From Gracilinanus agilis (taxonomy: Eukaryota), in contig NC_058133.1 in NCBI RefSeq assembly GCF_016433145.1, positions 98,116,726-98,180,725 of the forward strand: 64,000 bases of DNA, read 5' to 3'. Below are positions 52,542 to 64,000 of the stretch, in pieces. The notes beneath the pieces were generated by a model. The model did not search any database. It saw only the letters and a list, made by a program, of their open reading frames with translations, and had not been told where the DNA came from. Within the stretch, counting starts at the first letter, position 1. Every line of letters begins with the position of its first letter. A program made the position numbers and the translations under genes.

Positions 52542-55500
52542 AGAATTCTAAAAATAAATTTCTATTTATGCACCACCTAGCTGCCCCAAAGTGAAGCCCC
52601 TTACTTGCTCTAAGTCTCTTCCCACATGAAGGCTTCCCTGATATGACAGGAACAATATTCCAACCTTATATGTCTTCCCCCAAACCTTCAACTAAATTTG
52701 GCTATTTTTTCCTTAAAATGTATCAAAACTATATTCCTATCTTTGAGTCTTGATCAGCTCAGGACACTAAAGGAACTTAATGGTCTATCAAGGCTCTCCA
52801 GACCTTCTCTGACGACTGGAGGTAGGGTGAGGAATATTGGGAAATAATAAGAGTTGCCAGGCACACTGAGGGAGAAGCAGAAGGCTGTGAGCACCAGTCA
52901 ATCAAAATCTTGATCATCATGTGCCCTTAGACATCCCATCCTATGAATTCAAACTCAAAAGCCATGGAAAAAGCTACACCCTCTACCTTCTCACTAAATA
53001 TGGCCAGAATTACTTCCAGCCCAAAGCCCTGCAGCCATCCAGAGAAGAAAAAAATTGTAAAAAGGGGGCTCACTTTCTTCATCATTCCTAGCTACAGCTT
53101 GCTAACCACTTGCCATCAAACAAGAGCCCCAAGAATGGCTACTAACCAGATCATGGATCCTGCCTCCAGTCCATCCCTCACTGCCATTATTCAGGGAAGC
53201 AACCCCTGTGGCAAAGAGGCCAAACATTCCACCAAATGCCCAATAGATGCTACTTCTAGAGTGGGCAAAGAGCCTACCTGAAGCCACAAGGCACCCTGAG
53301 AGAGACACAGGAGGCAGCATACAGCAGGCAAGCCAAACCATCACCACCTTGATGATCATCTCCCCTCATACCCTACTGAAAATAACCCAGGACTCTGCTC
53401 TAAGCGCCTTGCAAATATCAAGGCTTCTTTCCCAATGCCCAAAGCCCTTGTCCTGAGAGTCGATCCTTATGGCCATTCAGACCTGCCATGGCTCCTGTGG
53501 GTGCTATAGCCACATTTGATAAAGTCCCAAGAACAAAGTTCCCAACACTAAAGCCCTCTGCACTAATTCATTTAACATCAGAGATTGATTGGATTTTTAT
53601 CACTGGAAAGAAGCATTTGCATCTGCTTCACCACTGCTTCCCAAGGACCCAGGAACCTTTCCATTGGACTTGTTGCTAAAGCCTCTGTACATCTCCCCCA
53701 GTTAGGCTGTGAGTTCCTGGAGAGCAGGGGCTGCCGTGTTTTTAATTTCTACCCTCAGCACCTAACACTGTGCTTTGCACATTGTTAGTGCTCAATAAAT
53801 GCTTTTTTCATTCATCCATTCAACAACTGGCACACTGGACACCCTTTTCTCTCCATTCTTAGCTCAGATTAAAATCTCTCCATCCTCTCCAGTCTCATAG
53901 CAGGTTTATCTATCATCTCTTTGCTTTGTATTTATCTCAGTTTCCTTTGTGTGTGGTAGGTAGAGGGGCTACTCTCCACAGGAGATTGAAAATTATATGA
54001 GAGGAAGGTCTGTGTTGTATTTACATTTGTGCCTTGCCCACTTGGTACAATACCTTGCACATATCAAGTGCTTGGTAAAGGTCCATTGAATCCACCTGGC
54101 AGTTGGGTGCCGCCAGTTTGATGACTAATGCAACGTAGAAGAGCTGAGTAGACCACCTGGATCATGTATAATCTAGGACATGGGTTTCCCTCTCCAAAGC
54201 CCCAACTGATTTTTGCTGAGACAAAGCTACTGGAAACTGGCAGCCGGTGCCATGTTCCTTTTCACGTTATGATGATTCCGAAGTACTTAAGAGAACCTGT
54301 TTCCTCTCTACATCATTCACCTCAGAGGAGCAAAGGGCAATAGAAATCAATTAAGCCTAGACAGCCCTGCAGATAGCAGTAACAATGAAGGAAAGAATCA
54401 CACTCGTTCTGATCCCGATTCTGATTTGCAGACTCTGGAGGAACAAAATGGAGACAGACGTCCCACTTGCTGATATGTGCTGCAACACAGCAAAAAACAG
54501 GATTCGTAAAAAGCCGCATCTGGTACACATTTGCCAGGAGTAACATGAGGTCTAGCTCCAATAAGGCCTGTGCAGGTCTTATGTCTGCTACAGTCACAGC
54601 ACAGGCTTGGAAAGGTGAGGGGAGCTTAATGACCATAAATGAAATCACCTGTCAAGTCTGCCCCAACTCTCAACTCCTGAATTTGCCACTGAGCGGCTGG
54701 CCTTCTTAATTACCAGAAGGGAGAAAAAGAAAATTCCTGCTTTACAACACAGGCAAGCCAATGATAAATGTTAACATTCTTTGGTCATTCCTATTTACCT
54801 TCTAACTATAGAAAATAAATAATATCTCTAGCATCCCAGGCCTGTGGAAAGAACACTAGACATAAGTTAGAAGACCTAGGTTTGAGTAGTAGCCCCGAAA
54901 TTTAGTCATTGTATGGCCTTAGCAAGTCAGGTGCCCATGAGCCTAAATAAAATAAAATGGAGCTAATAATCAAATAATAATAATCAAATGAAATGGAGCT
55001 AATAAATAAAATAAAATGGAGATAATACTAACATGACCTACTTTAGTGGGTATTTGTGAGGGCACCAGTTAGAGTGTGAAAAATACTTAAAATCCTTTGT
55101 TGCTTTATAAATGTTGTTTTATGATGCTTATCTCTAATAAAGGACTGTCTTCTTTCCTGGCTTCCCCAAACTCTGCCAAGATTTCAGTCCAAAGGATTGT
55201 GGAAAGTATTTCAAGATGTAAAAGCCCTCTGAATTGTAGGCACCTTATGAAAGTATAAAACAACAACATCCCAGAAGACTCAAGTGTTCCTAATCACAGC
55301 CAAACAAAGAAAAAAAAATTATAGGGTTTGGAATTGGAAGTCTAACCTTCTCTCTACACATAGGAGAAAACATGGAGGTTAAGTGACTTACCAAAAGTCC
55401 TACAAACAATAAATAACAGAGCCAGGATTTGGCCCTTGGTTTGGTGAACCCAACTCTAGCATTCTCTATCTGTGTAAAGAAGATCTTAATGATAGGGCTA

Positions 55501-55767
55501 GACTGAGATTACACAAGTAACAAGATGAACACCATTGTAGTGAGACCTATCCCATGTGCCGAGGGTTGTTGGGTGGGGGGTCAAAGGAAGGCAAAATGGG
55601 CATCTTTAGCCTCTCCTCCCTCAATCCTTCTGCAAGGAAGACACTAATTCCCATCAGGAGGAAGAGCAAGAAGTTGGGTCCTGAGGACCCTCTGCTCTCC
55701 TCAGGGTTAAAGGGGGAGTACCAGGCTAGAATTTCATCTTTCTGCTCCCTTAATTGATAATCTAGAG

Positions 55768-55958
55768 CAGTGATTCCAAAGTGGGCGCTACTGCCCCCTG
55801 GTGGGTGCTGCAGCGATCCAGGAAGGCAGTGATGGCCACAGGTGCATTTATCTTTCCTATTAATTGCTATTAAAATTTTTAAAAATTAATTTCCAGGGGG
55901 CTAAGTAATATTTTTTTCTGGAAAGGGGTGGTAGGCCAAAAAAGTTTGGAAACCACTT
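55768..55958. mobile_element. hAT/Charlie-type MITE, 191 bp, inverted relative to 11390-11580
   Basis: TIRs CAGTGATTCCAAA...TTTGGAAACCACTT. Perfect 8-bp TSD ATCTAGAG at 55760-55767 and 55959-55966. Confidence 0.9.
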
Positions 55959-56794
55959 ATCTAGAGGGTCTAATCAGGTTCAAGATAACTTCTGATCACT
56001 TAATTTAAGGGAAAAGGAGAAAGAAGACCTCAAATTCTATACCCAAGGCTCGACGCCTTTCCCAACAAATACCAGTTCCACAATGAATATACATAGCAAA
56101 CAGAAAAGAAACCCATTTATACAAATCATAGCAAAATAACCATCAGGAGAATAGATACTAAACAAAAGAGAGTGAAGGCAATTTTCCACTAGGAGGGAGT
56201 TAAAACCAGCTCAACCAAGACATAGTCCTTGATTGCCCTTAAGGGAAGGCTGCCTTATGATGGAGACTGCCAACTCCATTCATGCCTTCAATCTTTTCCT
56301 TCAGCAACCTGAAGTAGGTTAGCATCTTCCATCTTCCTTCTTGAAACTAGAAGCCAGAAGCACCCAAAAACTATTCAATGCTTGAAGAAGAAGAAGAAGA
56401 ACTGGTGAAGGCTGGAGCTCTCCCGCTCGCACTATCTCTACCCTGCTCCTCATTCAGGGTAGGGCATTCATCTCCACCAAAAAGGACAGTGTCTCCTCCC
56501 TATGAGCAAGGGTTCCCTTCACTACATCAGAGGTGTCAATCAAGTGACCCTGGCTCTGGAGCGAGGGGAACTAGATTAAATGTAATTGGGAAATATTAAG
56601 TAAAGACAATAGCACTTAGGGTCAATAAGCGATTTTCTAAGTCAATTTGCTGCCTTCAGAGATCCTGATGTGTCACTTTGTGCCCTACCCCCAAGTCCCA
56701 TTTCTATTTGAATTTGATGCCACTGGACTATACCATGCTGCTGCCTGGATCTCTGATGTGCAAATTAATTTAGTTTTCCAAAGGTAGTTTTTTT

Positions 56795-57003
56795 GGGGGC
56801 AGCTGGGTAGCTCAGTGGAGTGAGAGTCAGGCCTAGAGACAGGAGGTCCTAGGTTCAAACCCGGCCTCAGCCACTTCCCAGCTGTGTGACCCTGGGTAAG
56901 TCACTTGACCCCCATTGCCCACCCTTACCAATCTTCCACCTATGAGACAATACACCGAAGTACAAGGGTTAAAAAAAAAACAAAAAAAAAAACAAAAAAA
57001 AAA
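56795..57003 (+). mobile_element. Young SINE1_Mdo-type SINE with (A)n/C tail and 16-bp TSD
   Basis: About 5 differences from 51219-51402 over about 175 bp. TSD CAAAGGTAGTTTTTTT at 56779-56794 and 57004-57019. Confidence 0.93.
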
Positions 57004-57879
57004 CAAAGGTAGTTTTTTTTTTCATTGTCACTAATAGGATTTCTCCTAGAAGAAAAAAAAAAGCAAAATCTGATATCAAGTTTCCTTTCTCAGGCCACCA
57101 ATCAGAAAACAGCTAAAACTATCTAGATCTTAACTTCATTTCAAGCTCTTTGACTAGAATCAACTACCTGCCCTTCACCTGTTTTAACCTTCTTTAATAG
57201 GATTATTCAAAGTGAGACATTTTTCTGAGTCAAGGAGTGCATATGACCTTTCAAATTTCAACCTGCTTCCACCAGAAGTGCCATTTTAACCGGTGTGAGC
57301 TGTAATGAATAGTGATGACAAAAATGCGTGTTTCCAATTTAAACCCACTCCCTGAGGATTTGGCACCTGTGCTGAACTACAGTTGCTTACAGAAACAGGG
57401 GTGCACTCTCCATGGAAAAGATTCGAATCAATCAATCCATCAATCAACCAATCAGCATTTATTAAGGGCCCGCCATGTACCAGGCACTGTGCTAGTCCTT
57501 AAGAATATGAAGACCAAAGTCAAATTGTCCCTGTTCAAGGAATAGTTTCATGAGTCAGCCACTAGATGAGCTATGAAGTTGGCCAAATACTCTATTTGGG
57601 GGACAGTGATGGGGGACAATTCCATCTCATTCAGCTTGATACATGAAGTAAATCTGTGACCAGATGATAGCATACACAGCTTACAACATAGAGCTTCCAG
57701 GATCAATGATTGATTTCGAGTAGGAATGAAGCAAGCCAGACTCCCAGTGAAAGCAAATTATAGGTCACTAAAAAAATAAAATTTGCATATTATAACACAG
57801 TTCATTATCTCATGAATTGATACCTAAAATATGCATTTAAGTGTGTGGTCTCCAATATAACAACTTTACAAAATCACAG

Positions 57880-59060
57880 AATTTTAGTTGGAAGGTACCA
57901 CATCTATCTTAATTCATAGAAGAGAAAACAAATTCCTTCTATAATGTTCTTTAGTCATCATCCAGATGTTTCCCAAAGAACCCCCAATAAGGAAGACCAG
58001 ACCCCTCTTTCCCTTGAGGTAGGTAGCTCTTGTGACTTCAAAGTAGCTCACAATTGATAAAGAAGTTTTTCCTTACATTAATTCAGTTAGCCACAAAAGT
58101 AACTTCCACTCATTTATTCCTGATTCTGCCCTATGTGGCCAAGCAAAAAGTATTCACTCCGTCTTTCACCTGATGGCTCCCCAAATACCTGAACAACCAA
58201 GTTCATCTCTCTTTAATCTCTTCTCCATTTCCTTCAACTGATGCTTATGTGGAATAAACAAGCAATAACAACTGTAATGACAACAATAATTAGCATTTAT
58301 ATAGTTCATCAAGGTTTTTTTTTAAAATGCTTTACAAATATCTCATTTTATCCTTCATAATAACATAAGGAGGTAGGGCCAATTATTATATTTATTTTAT
58401 AGGCAAGGAAGCTGAGGCAGAAAAAGGTTAAATAAATTCCCCAGCATGAGTTAGCTAGTAAAAATCCAATACTGAATTTGAATGCAGGATTTCTTGATTC
58501 TAGGTCTCATGCTCTATCTAATTCACCAGTTAGCTAACTCTAAACTGGAATCCCTTCAGCATCTCGATGTTATCTAACTTACTGATAGTCTTCCTAAATT
58601 GTGGACTCAGAAGTGAACCTAATACCCCAGGTATGCTTTGATCATAACAAATAAGACAGGAACTATTACCATATTTCTGGAAGCTATGCCCGTTCTCATA
58701 TAGTTCAAGATTATGTTAGCTTTTTTTGCCACAATGTCCTATCATTGATTGTCAGGTGTTAGTCCATTAAAACCCCCCAAGTCATTTCCCCCAAAAAAGA
58801 ACTACTATAAAGCCATAGCTATCCCATCCTGCATTTGTGAAGTTGATTTGTAGAACACAGCTGTTCCCTACTGTATTTCAAAGTATTTGATTTGATCCAA
58901 TATCAAGAACTTTGTGAATTCAAATTCAGTAATCCAGTGTCTTAGTTATACTTATAAGCTTTGTGTCTTCTATAAATTTAATAAATATGTCAACCTGTCC
59001 TTTAGCCAAACCATTGATTAAAATGTCAAGCAGCACAAAGGCAAGCTTAGACTTCTGGGA
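57880..59060 (-). mobile_element. L3/CR1 LINE 3' fragment (decayed)
   Basis: Reverse L3 motifs: taagaagtttttccttacatt, ctaaattgtggactcagaagtgaac (~QFWAP), and agctttgtgtcttctataaatttaataaatatg (~MLIKFADDTKL). Confidence 0.7.
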
Positions 59061-62000
59061 ATCATTTAAAACGTCACAAAGTTTTAAAAGCCTTTAACCA
59101 TACAATAAATTTACTGGATAAAGATTAATGCTGTTCCTCAACACTACTCTTTAAAGATACTGAACAGAAGTTATTAATATTTGTACAAATGTAATCAATT
59201 TTTCCTGCAAGAATGGGAAGCAAGAGGTTGGGGCCAATAGCTGGCCATTCTTTTCTCCTCTGAGAGAAGAGTTACCAAACTAGAATTATATCAATCTGCT
59301 ACCTTGACTATCATTAGTATAGAGGAGATAATTTTTAGATTTGAGCTATTTCTTTATGGGGAAGGAGTGCCCAAAGCCACATAGCTAAGGTTTGATTTCC
59401 CTTCACACCAGAAGCCAGTTGTACAAGGAACACAAAGCAAATAGCTAGTAATTCCATTTATCCAATTCAATAGTAAAACAAATTAAGAAAGTATGCAGAG
59501 GATTCTATAAACCAAATGATATAGAGTGATGGAGCTCTTCTGCTGAGAGTGATATAACTCACCTGAACCAAAAGAGAGTCCTTGATCTTACCAAAGGGGA
59601 AATTTCCCAAGGTCTTTAGTGGAGTAAGCTGGGGATAAGGGCATAATCAATGTGCCAACTACTCTATAAATCAGCTTCTTCCCAAAGTCTTTCTTTCCCT
59701 TCAGGGACCTGAAGTCATTTCTCTAGAAGCTGGAAGCCAGAAGACCAGAATGGAGAGAAAATTTCTCTAGCTTTCATTAACTCTGTCCTCACAGAGATGT
59801 GGGGCTTTGATCTCCACCAGTGAGAAGAATCCCGTACAAATAGACTCTGAGGGTTAGATTACATGTATTTTTTTTCAATTCTTTGGTTAAAAAAACAAGC
59901 ATGCTTCCAAGTCACTATAGTGATTCTCTAGGAGACTAAACCCTGGGTAGAGGTAGCCTGCCATACCCCAGCACCACCAGCTGCTACTGAAAGGGAGGTA
60001 AGACCACGTGCCCTGAAGACAGCAATAGGCAACCTCTCACTCCTCTCCAACTCTTTCTACTGCCTACATACACAATTCTCATCCAGGGAAGCAACTCTTC
60101 TGGACTTGTAACCTGGCAATAGGAGGAAAAGGAAGAGGAAAAACCATTTATTAAGCATCTACTAAAGGCCAGGCACTGTGCTAAACACTATAAATATTTT
60201 CTTATTTGATCCTCTCAACAAATATTTAGTTTTTGCCTAGGTTTTAGGCATGAACTTGAGGCAGATAGAGGCTAAGTGACCTGCCCAGGCTCACACAGTT
60301 AGTAAATGTTGGAAGCTGCATTCAAATTCAGGTCTTGCTGACTCTCTTCACTATAACACCTAGCTGCATCTGCAGTTGCTCCTGCATGTGCTAAAGTCCC
60401 TTCCTCCTCCCTAGCCAGGGATGCTGAAGACCTGGGAAAGAAGGTTCTCATTGACAAGGTCCTAGGCATCTTCACATTATTCAACATCAGATACTGATAT
60501 GGTTTTATCAAAATAAATTAAAGATACTGATATGTTTTATCAAAGTAAATTAAATGAAAGGAGATGCATTACTATCTTCCTTGTCACTGTACCCCAAGGA
60601 CCCCATATCTCATATATGTCCTGTATGGGCAATCTCCCCTATTAGAAGAATATGAGTGACTTAAGGACAGAGGATGTCCTTCTATTTGTGTAAATAATTT
60701 GTTTTAAGTCATTCATGTCAGAATATCTTTTGCTTTGATGCTCTGAAACAGGAGGACAACTAGAAAATGTGTGCCTGCTGTCTTTAGTCTAAAGACTAAA
60801 GTCTTTAAAAAACAAGACAAGACAAAAGATTTTAGGGTCAATGACAGAAAGTACATTCAGCCAGGAAGGAAAGACAACCCTCTGCTCTATATAGAGGAAA
60901 GAGGAAAAAGACCTCAATGGATATCAGTCTAAAATGCTGCAAGAACGAGAGGGAAGGGATATTTCACATCCTCTGATAACTTATTTTAAACCAATTTCTC
61001 TTGCTAACCGGGTGTTCATCTTCATTAATTCTACACTGCTGAAGTACATACAGCAAGTGTTATCTGTTATTTGTATCCTTGAAATTTAGTGTTAGAGTAA
61101 AGCCTCAGTCACCCTGTCCCTATTTATAGCTCTGGACTAAAAGGCTGAGGATGAAATTGTGCATGCTAACTCTCCTCAGCTGTCAAGAGCAGTCTTGATT
61201 ATTTTAGTTTACATATTGAATTGCTGGCAATACGGTTTAGACATTTCAAATGAAAGAACAGGGACAATCCATTTCCTAATTATGATTTTTTTTCTGAAGC
61301 TGATGTCTCTAATTAAAGCTGTCAATTAAGTCCACTTACTTAGCATTTATTATGCTGGCAGAATGAGGAAACCTCATCAGGGGGAAAAAAAGGGAAAAGT
61401 ACATGAAAAGAGCTTTGATTGTGCTATGCTTTTATGTGAGTCAGGTAAGGGGATCACTTTGAATCAGATGCTAGATCTCTTTCTCTCCTTATCCTGCCCT
61501 GCTTTAAATTGAACTGTCATGTTGCCTCTCCCAGTAAAATGTAAGCTACTTGATGGTAGGGATTGTTTTGTTTTGGTCTTTGGGGGCTTGATAAATATTT
61601 GTTGAATTTAGATCCATGATATGAAATGGAATAATAGTTACTTGTCATCATTTCTGCCTTGATAACAGCCAACCACACAGAGATGATGTCTCATTAATTC
61701 AGACTTTATTAGGTTTCAATAAGAATAGCCTCATTTAGTACTTTGTGTTTTTCCAAAGCACTTTCATTCAATCCTCATAATCACCTTAAGAAGAAGGCTG
61801 GTTCTGAATTCTTATCCCCATTTGATGGATTAAGAAACAGTGACATTAAGTGAAATGTCTAAAGATATACATTTAGATAAACAGCAGAATCAGGATTAGA
61901 TCCTGGGTGTCCTGATTTTACTACATAAAGGTCTGGCATGCCACCATTCTTCTATTCAACCATGTTTAGATCTTTAGCATCATCTTGACTCTTCCCTCAC

Positions 62001-62689
62001 TCTCACCCCTCATATCCAATCAGTTAAGTTTTATTCATTCAATCTTCAGCATATCTTTTATCTGTCCTCCTCTCCACTCAAATCACTGCCCTAATTCAGT
62101 CCTCATTACATCTTGCCTACAATACTACATTAGCTTCCTAATAAGCATATCCACTTTCATTTTTCCCTTGTCCATCTCTCCACTGCTTAGCTGCCCAAAT
62201 TAAGCTTTCTAGGTTGGCCATGAGGCTCAGCTTTGTAGGAATTTCTATTTCCTTTCAAAGAAGATACATTGTTTTATGTGACCCAAGACTGTTATATGAG
62301 TTGATTTTTCATACTATTCATTTATATTGAGCTTTTAGACTGTAAAAATTTTTTTTAATCCTCTAGCCATACCTTCTTCCTCTTGCACTTCTAAAGTTAG
62401 TTTTTAATATATCTGACTGTAACATTTTACATTTATATCATCACATTTTATCTTATTGAAGCCACACAATATAACAGATAGCAAGCAGAACTCAAATCAT
62501 ATAAGTTCCAGTCCTGTTTCTAATACATACTTTATAGATGACTTTGGACAAGTTAATTCCCCTTTCATTGCTCTCAATAAATCTCTAAGACTATAAGGTA
62601 AGAAAAAAGTGCTCTCCTGAATTAGTAGAGGGAGTCCTATTCCAGGAGTTTCCTGCACAATGAAATTACTGGTCTAATCCCAATATTCT

Positions 62690-63100
62690 ACATTCAGACC
62701 AACATTTCAGCCTCTTGGGACCTTTTTGAATCCTGATTCCTCCTTCTGGTGAATTAGCAACAATTCTCAGTTTGTGTCACCTGAAACTATGTTAAGGAAT
62801 ATCATCTATACCTTCATCCAAATCATTGATAAAAATGTTAAACATCACTGAGCCATGCATGGATCCCTGTAGCTTTCCGCTGGTGACTTCCTTCCAATCT
62901 AATATTAAGCCATTTATGACTAATTTTGGTTTGATCATTTGATCAGCTCCAAATTTACTTGCCTTTTCATAAAACATATGTCTTCATTCTTTTTTTCACA
63001 GGAAGAACAAGAGAAACTTTGTCAAGTTCATTACTAAAACCTAGGCAAACTGTATATCACATTTCACTAATCTATGAGTCAGGCAACTTTGTCAATAAAG
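62690..63100 (-). mobile_element. L3/CR1 RT fragment
   Basis: ORF 62792-62977 reads [39 protein letters not shown], matching CR1 [38 protein letters not shown]. Confidence 0.9.
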
Positions 63101-64000
63101 GAATCAAAGTCAATCTAGAACTTCTTAATAAAATTATGCTGATTTCCCATAATCCTCATTATCTTTCCTAGATATCTTCTAATTATCATCATCATCATCA
63201 TCCCTGTACTACTAATATAAACCACAAAATATATTTAAGAATTTGAGAAGTAAACTATACTAAAGCAAGAGTCATTATCAGAGACAAAACTATCTCCCAC
63301 AATCATCGAGACATTCTTCCAATCAACAAAAATTTAAGAACAGTATCTTAAATAGTTCAACATAAATATTCTTACCTTATAGACTAGAAAGCTCTCAGAC
63401 AATAGGGACCTTAATAATAAAATCAAAAGCATCTGGATCCAGTATCAGGTACATATTCTAATCATTGTCCTATCTGTTCCTTGAGTTGTCCACAGCAAGC
63501 TCTCTGATGAGTGTTGTAAAATAGGTACATTTAAGAGGATTTTTCCTTTCCACAGTGTGTATCCCAATACCTTTATTCAGCCATAAAAATCATTTCATAA
63601 GAACATTAGTAGGAATTGGAACTTTTTATTGGACCATTTCTATCTGAACTCCATGGAATTAAGAGGGTTTGGGAAAGGCTTTTGGTATAAGGTCAGATTT
63701 TAACTAAGACATGAAGAATGCTTAGGGAAATTAGGAGGCAAAGCTGCAAAAGAGGGGGGTTCCAAGAATGGGGGACAGCCAGTGAAAATTCAGGAAGCCA
63801 GGAGGCGGAGTATCCTGTTCAAGGACGACCAGTGTCATTGGATTGCAGAGTACTGCATATGGTGTGTATGGAAGGTTGTGTTCAGGAGTACAAAAATATA
63901 AGGACACTGGATTGATGAGGGGTATGAGCAGGTTATGAAGAGTTTTGCATACCAATTAGGAAATTTTATATTTGATCCTGCAGGTAATAGGGAGCCAATG

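Noticed and set aside
59597-59608. Perfect NF-kB-like palindrome GGGAAATTTCCC
   Set aside because: It is a single isolated motif without supporting context, not enough to call a regulatory site.
60489-60553. 33-bp tandem duplication (also small ones near 9058-9090, 23485-23585 and 54950-55020)
   Set aside because: These are ordinary local slippage duplications with no array or spacer structure, and not CRISPR-like.
57880-63100. The two minus-strand L3 fragments as one split element
   Set aside because: Both include the same INDLD/ADDTKL region, so they are separate insertions.
49300-64000. DENND1B 3' exons (the downstream neighbour of CRB1 in human)
   Set aside because: No recognisable DENND1B coding or UTR sequence was found. 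It probably lies beyond the window.

Overview
AT-rich, CpG-poor vertebrate DNA. The repeat content (SINE1_Mdo-like and MAR1-like SINEs, a 7SL retrocopy, marsupial-type L1/RTE, abundant MIR/L2/L3) points to a marsupial, most likely the opossum Monodelphis domestica; this is an inference. The window holds the 3' end of CRB1 (Crumbs homolog 1) on the + strand: exon 11 (3273-3399, last EGF repeat), an in-frame read-through extension coding a 41-aa alternative C-terminus (3400-3525, CRB1-B/isoform-2 type), a 45,019-bp intron 11, and terminal exon 12 (48419-48634: TM, FERM-binding motif, ERLI PDZ-binding motif) with its 3'UTR. About 15 kb of repeat-rich intergenic DNA follows. Best leads: (1) the intron-encoded alternative tail looks more conserved than exon 12 and sits on a weak, CpG-dense donor upstream of intronic poly(A) signals; (2) a decayed retroviral pol remnant (RNase H, integrase, dUTPase-like, i.e. 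ERV-L-like order) in intron 11; (3) two hAT MITEs with CTCF-like motifs in convergent orientation bracketing exon 12; (4) three copies of a small LTR family, one with a tRNA-Arg-like PBS. All alignments were done by eye and reference sequences were recalled from memory. Repeat family names and most repeat boundaries are approximate.
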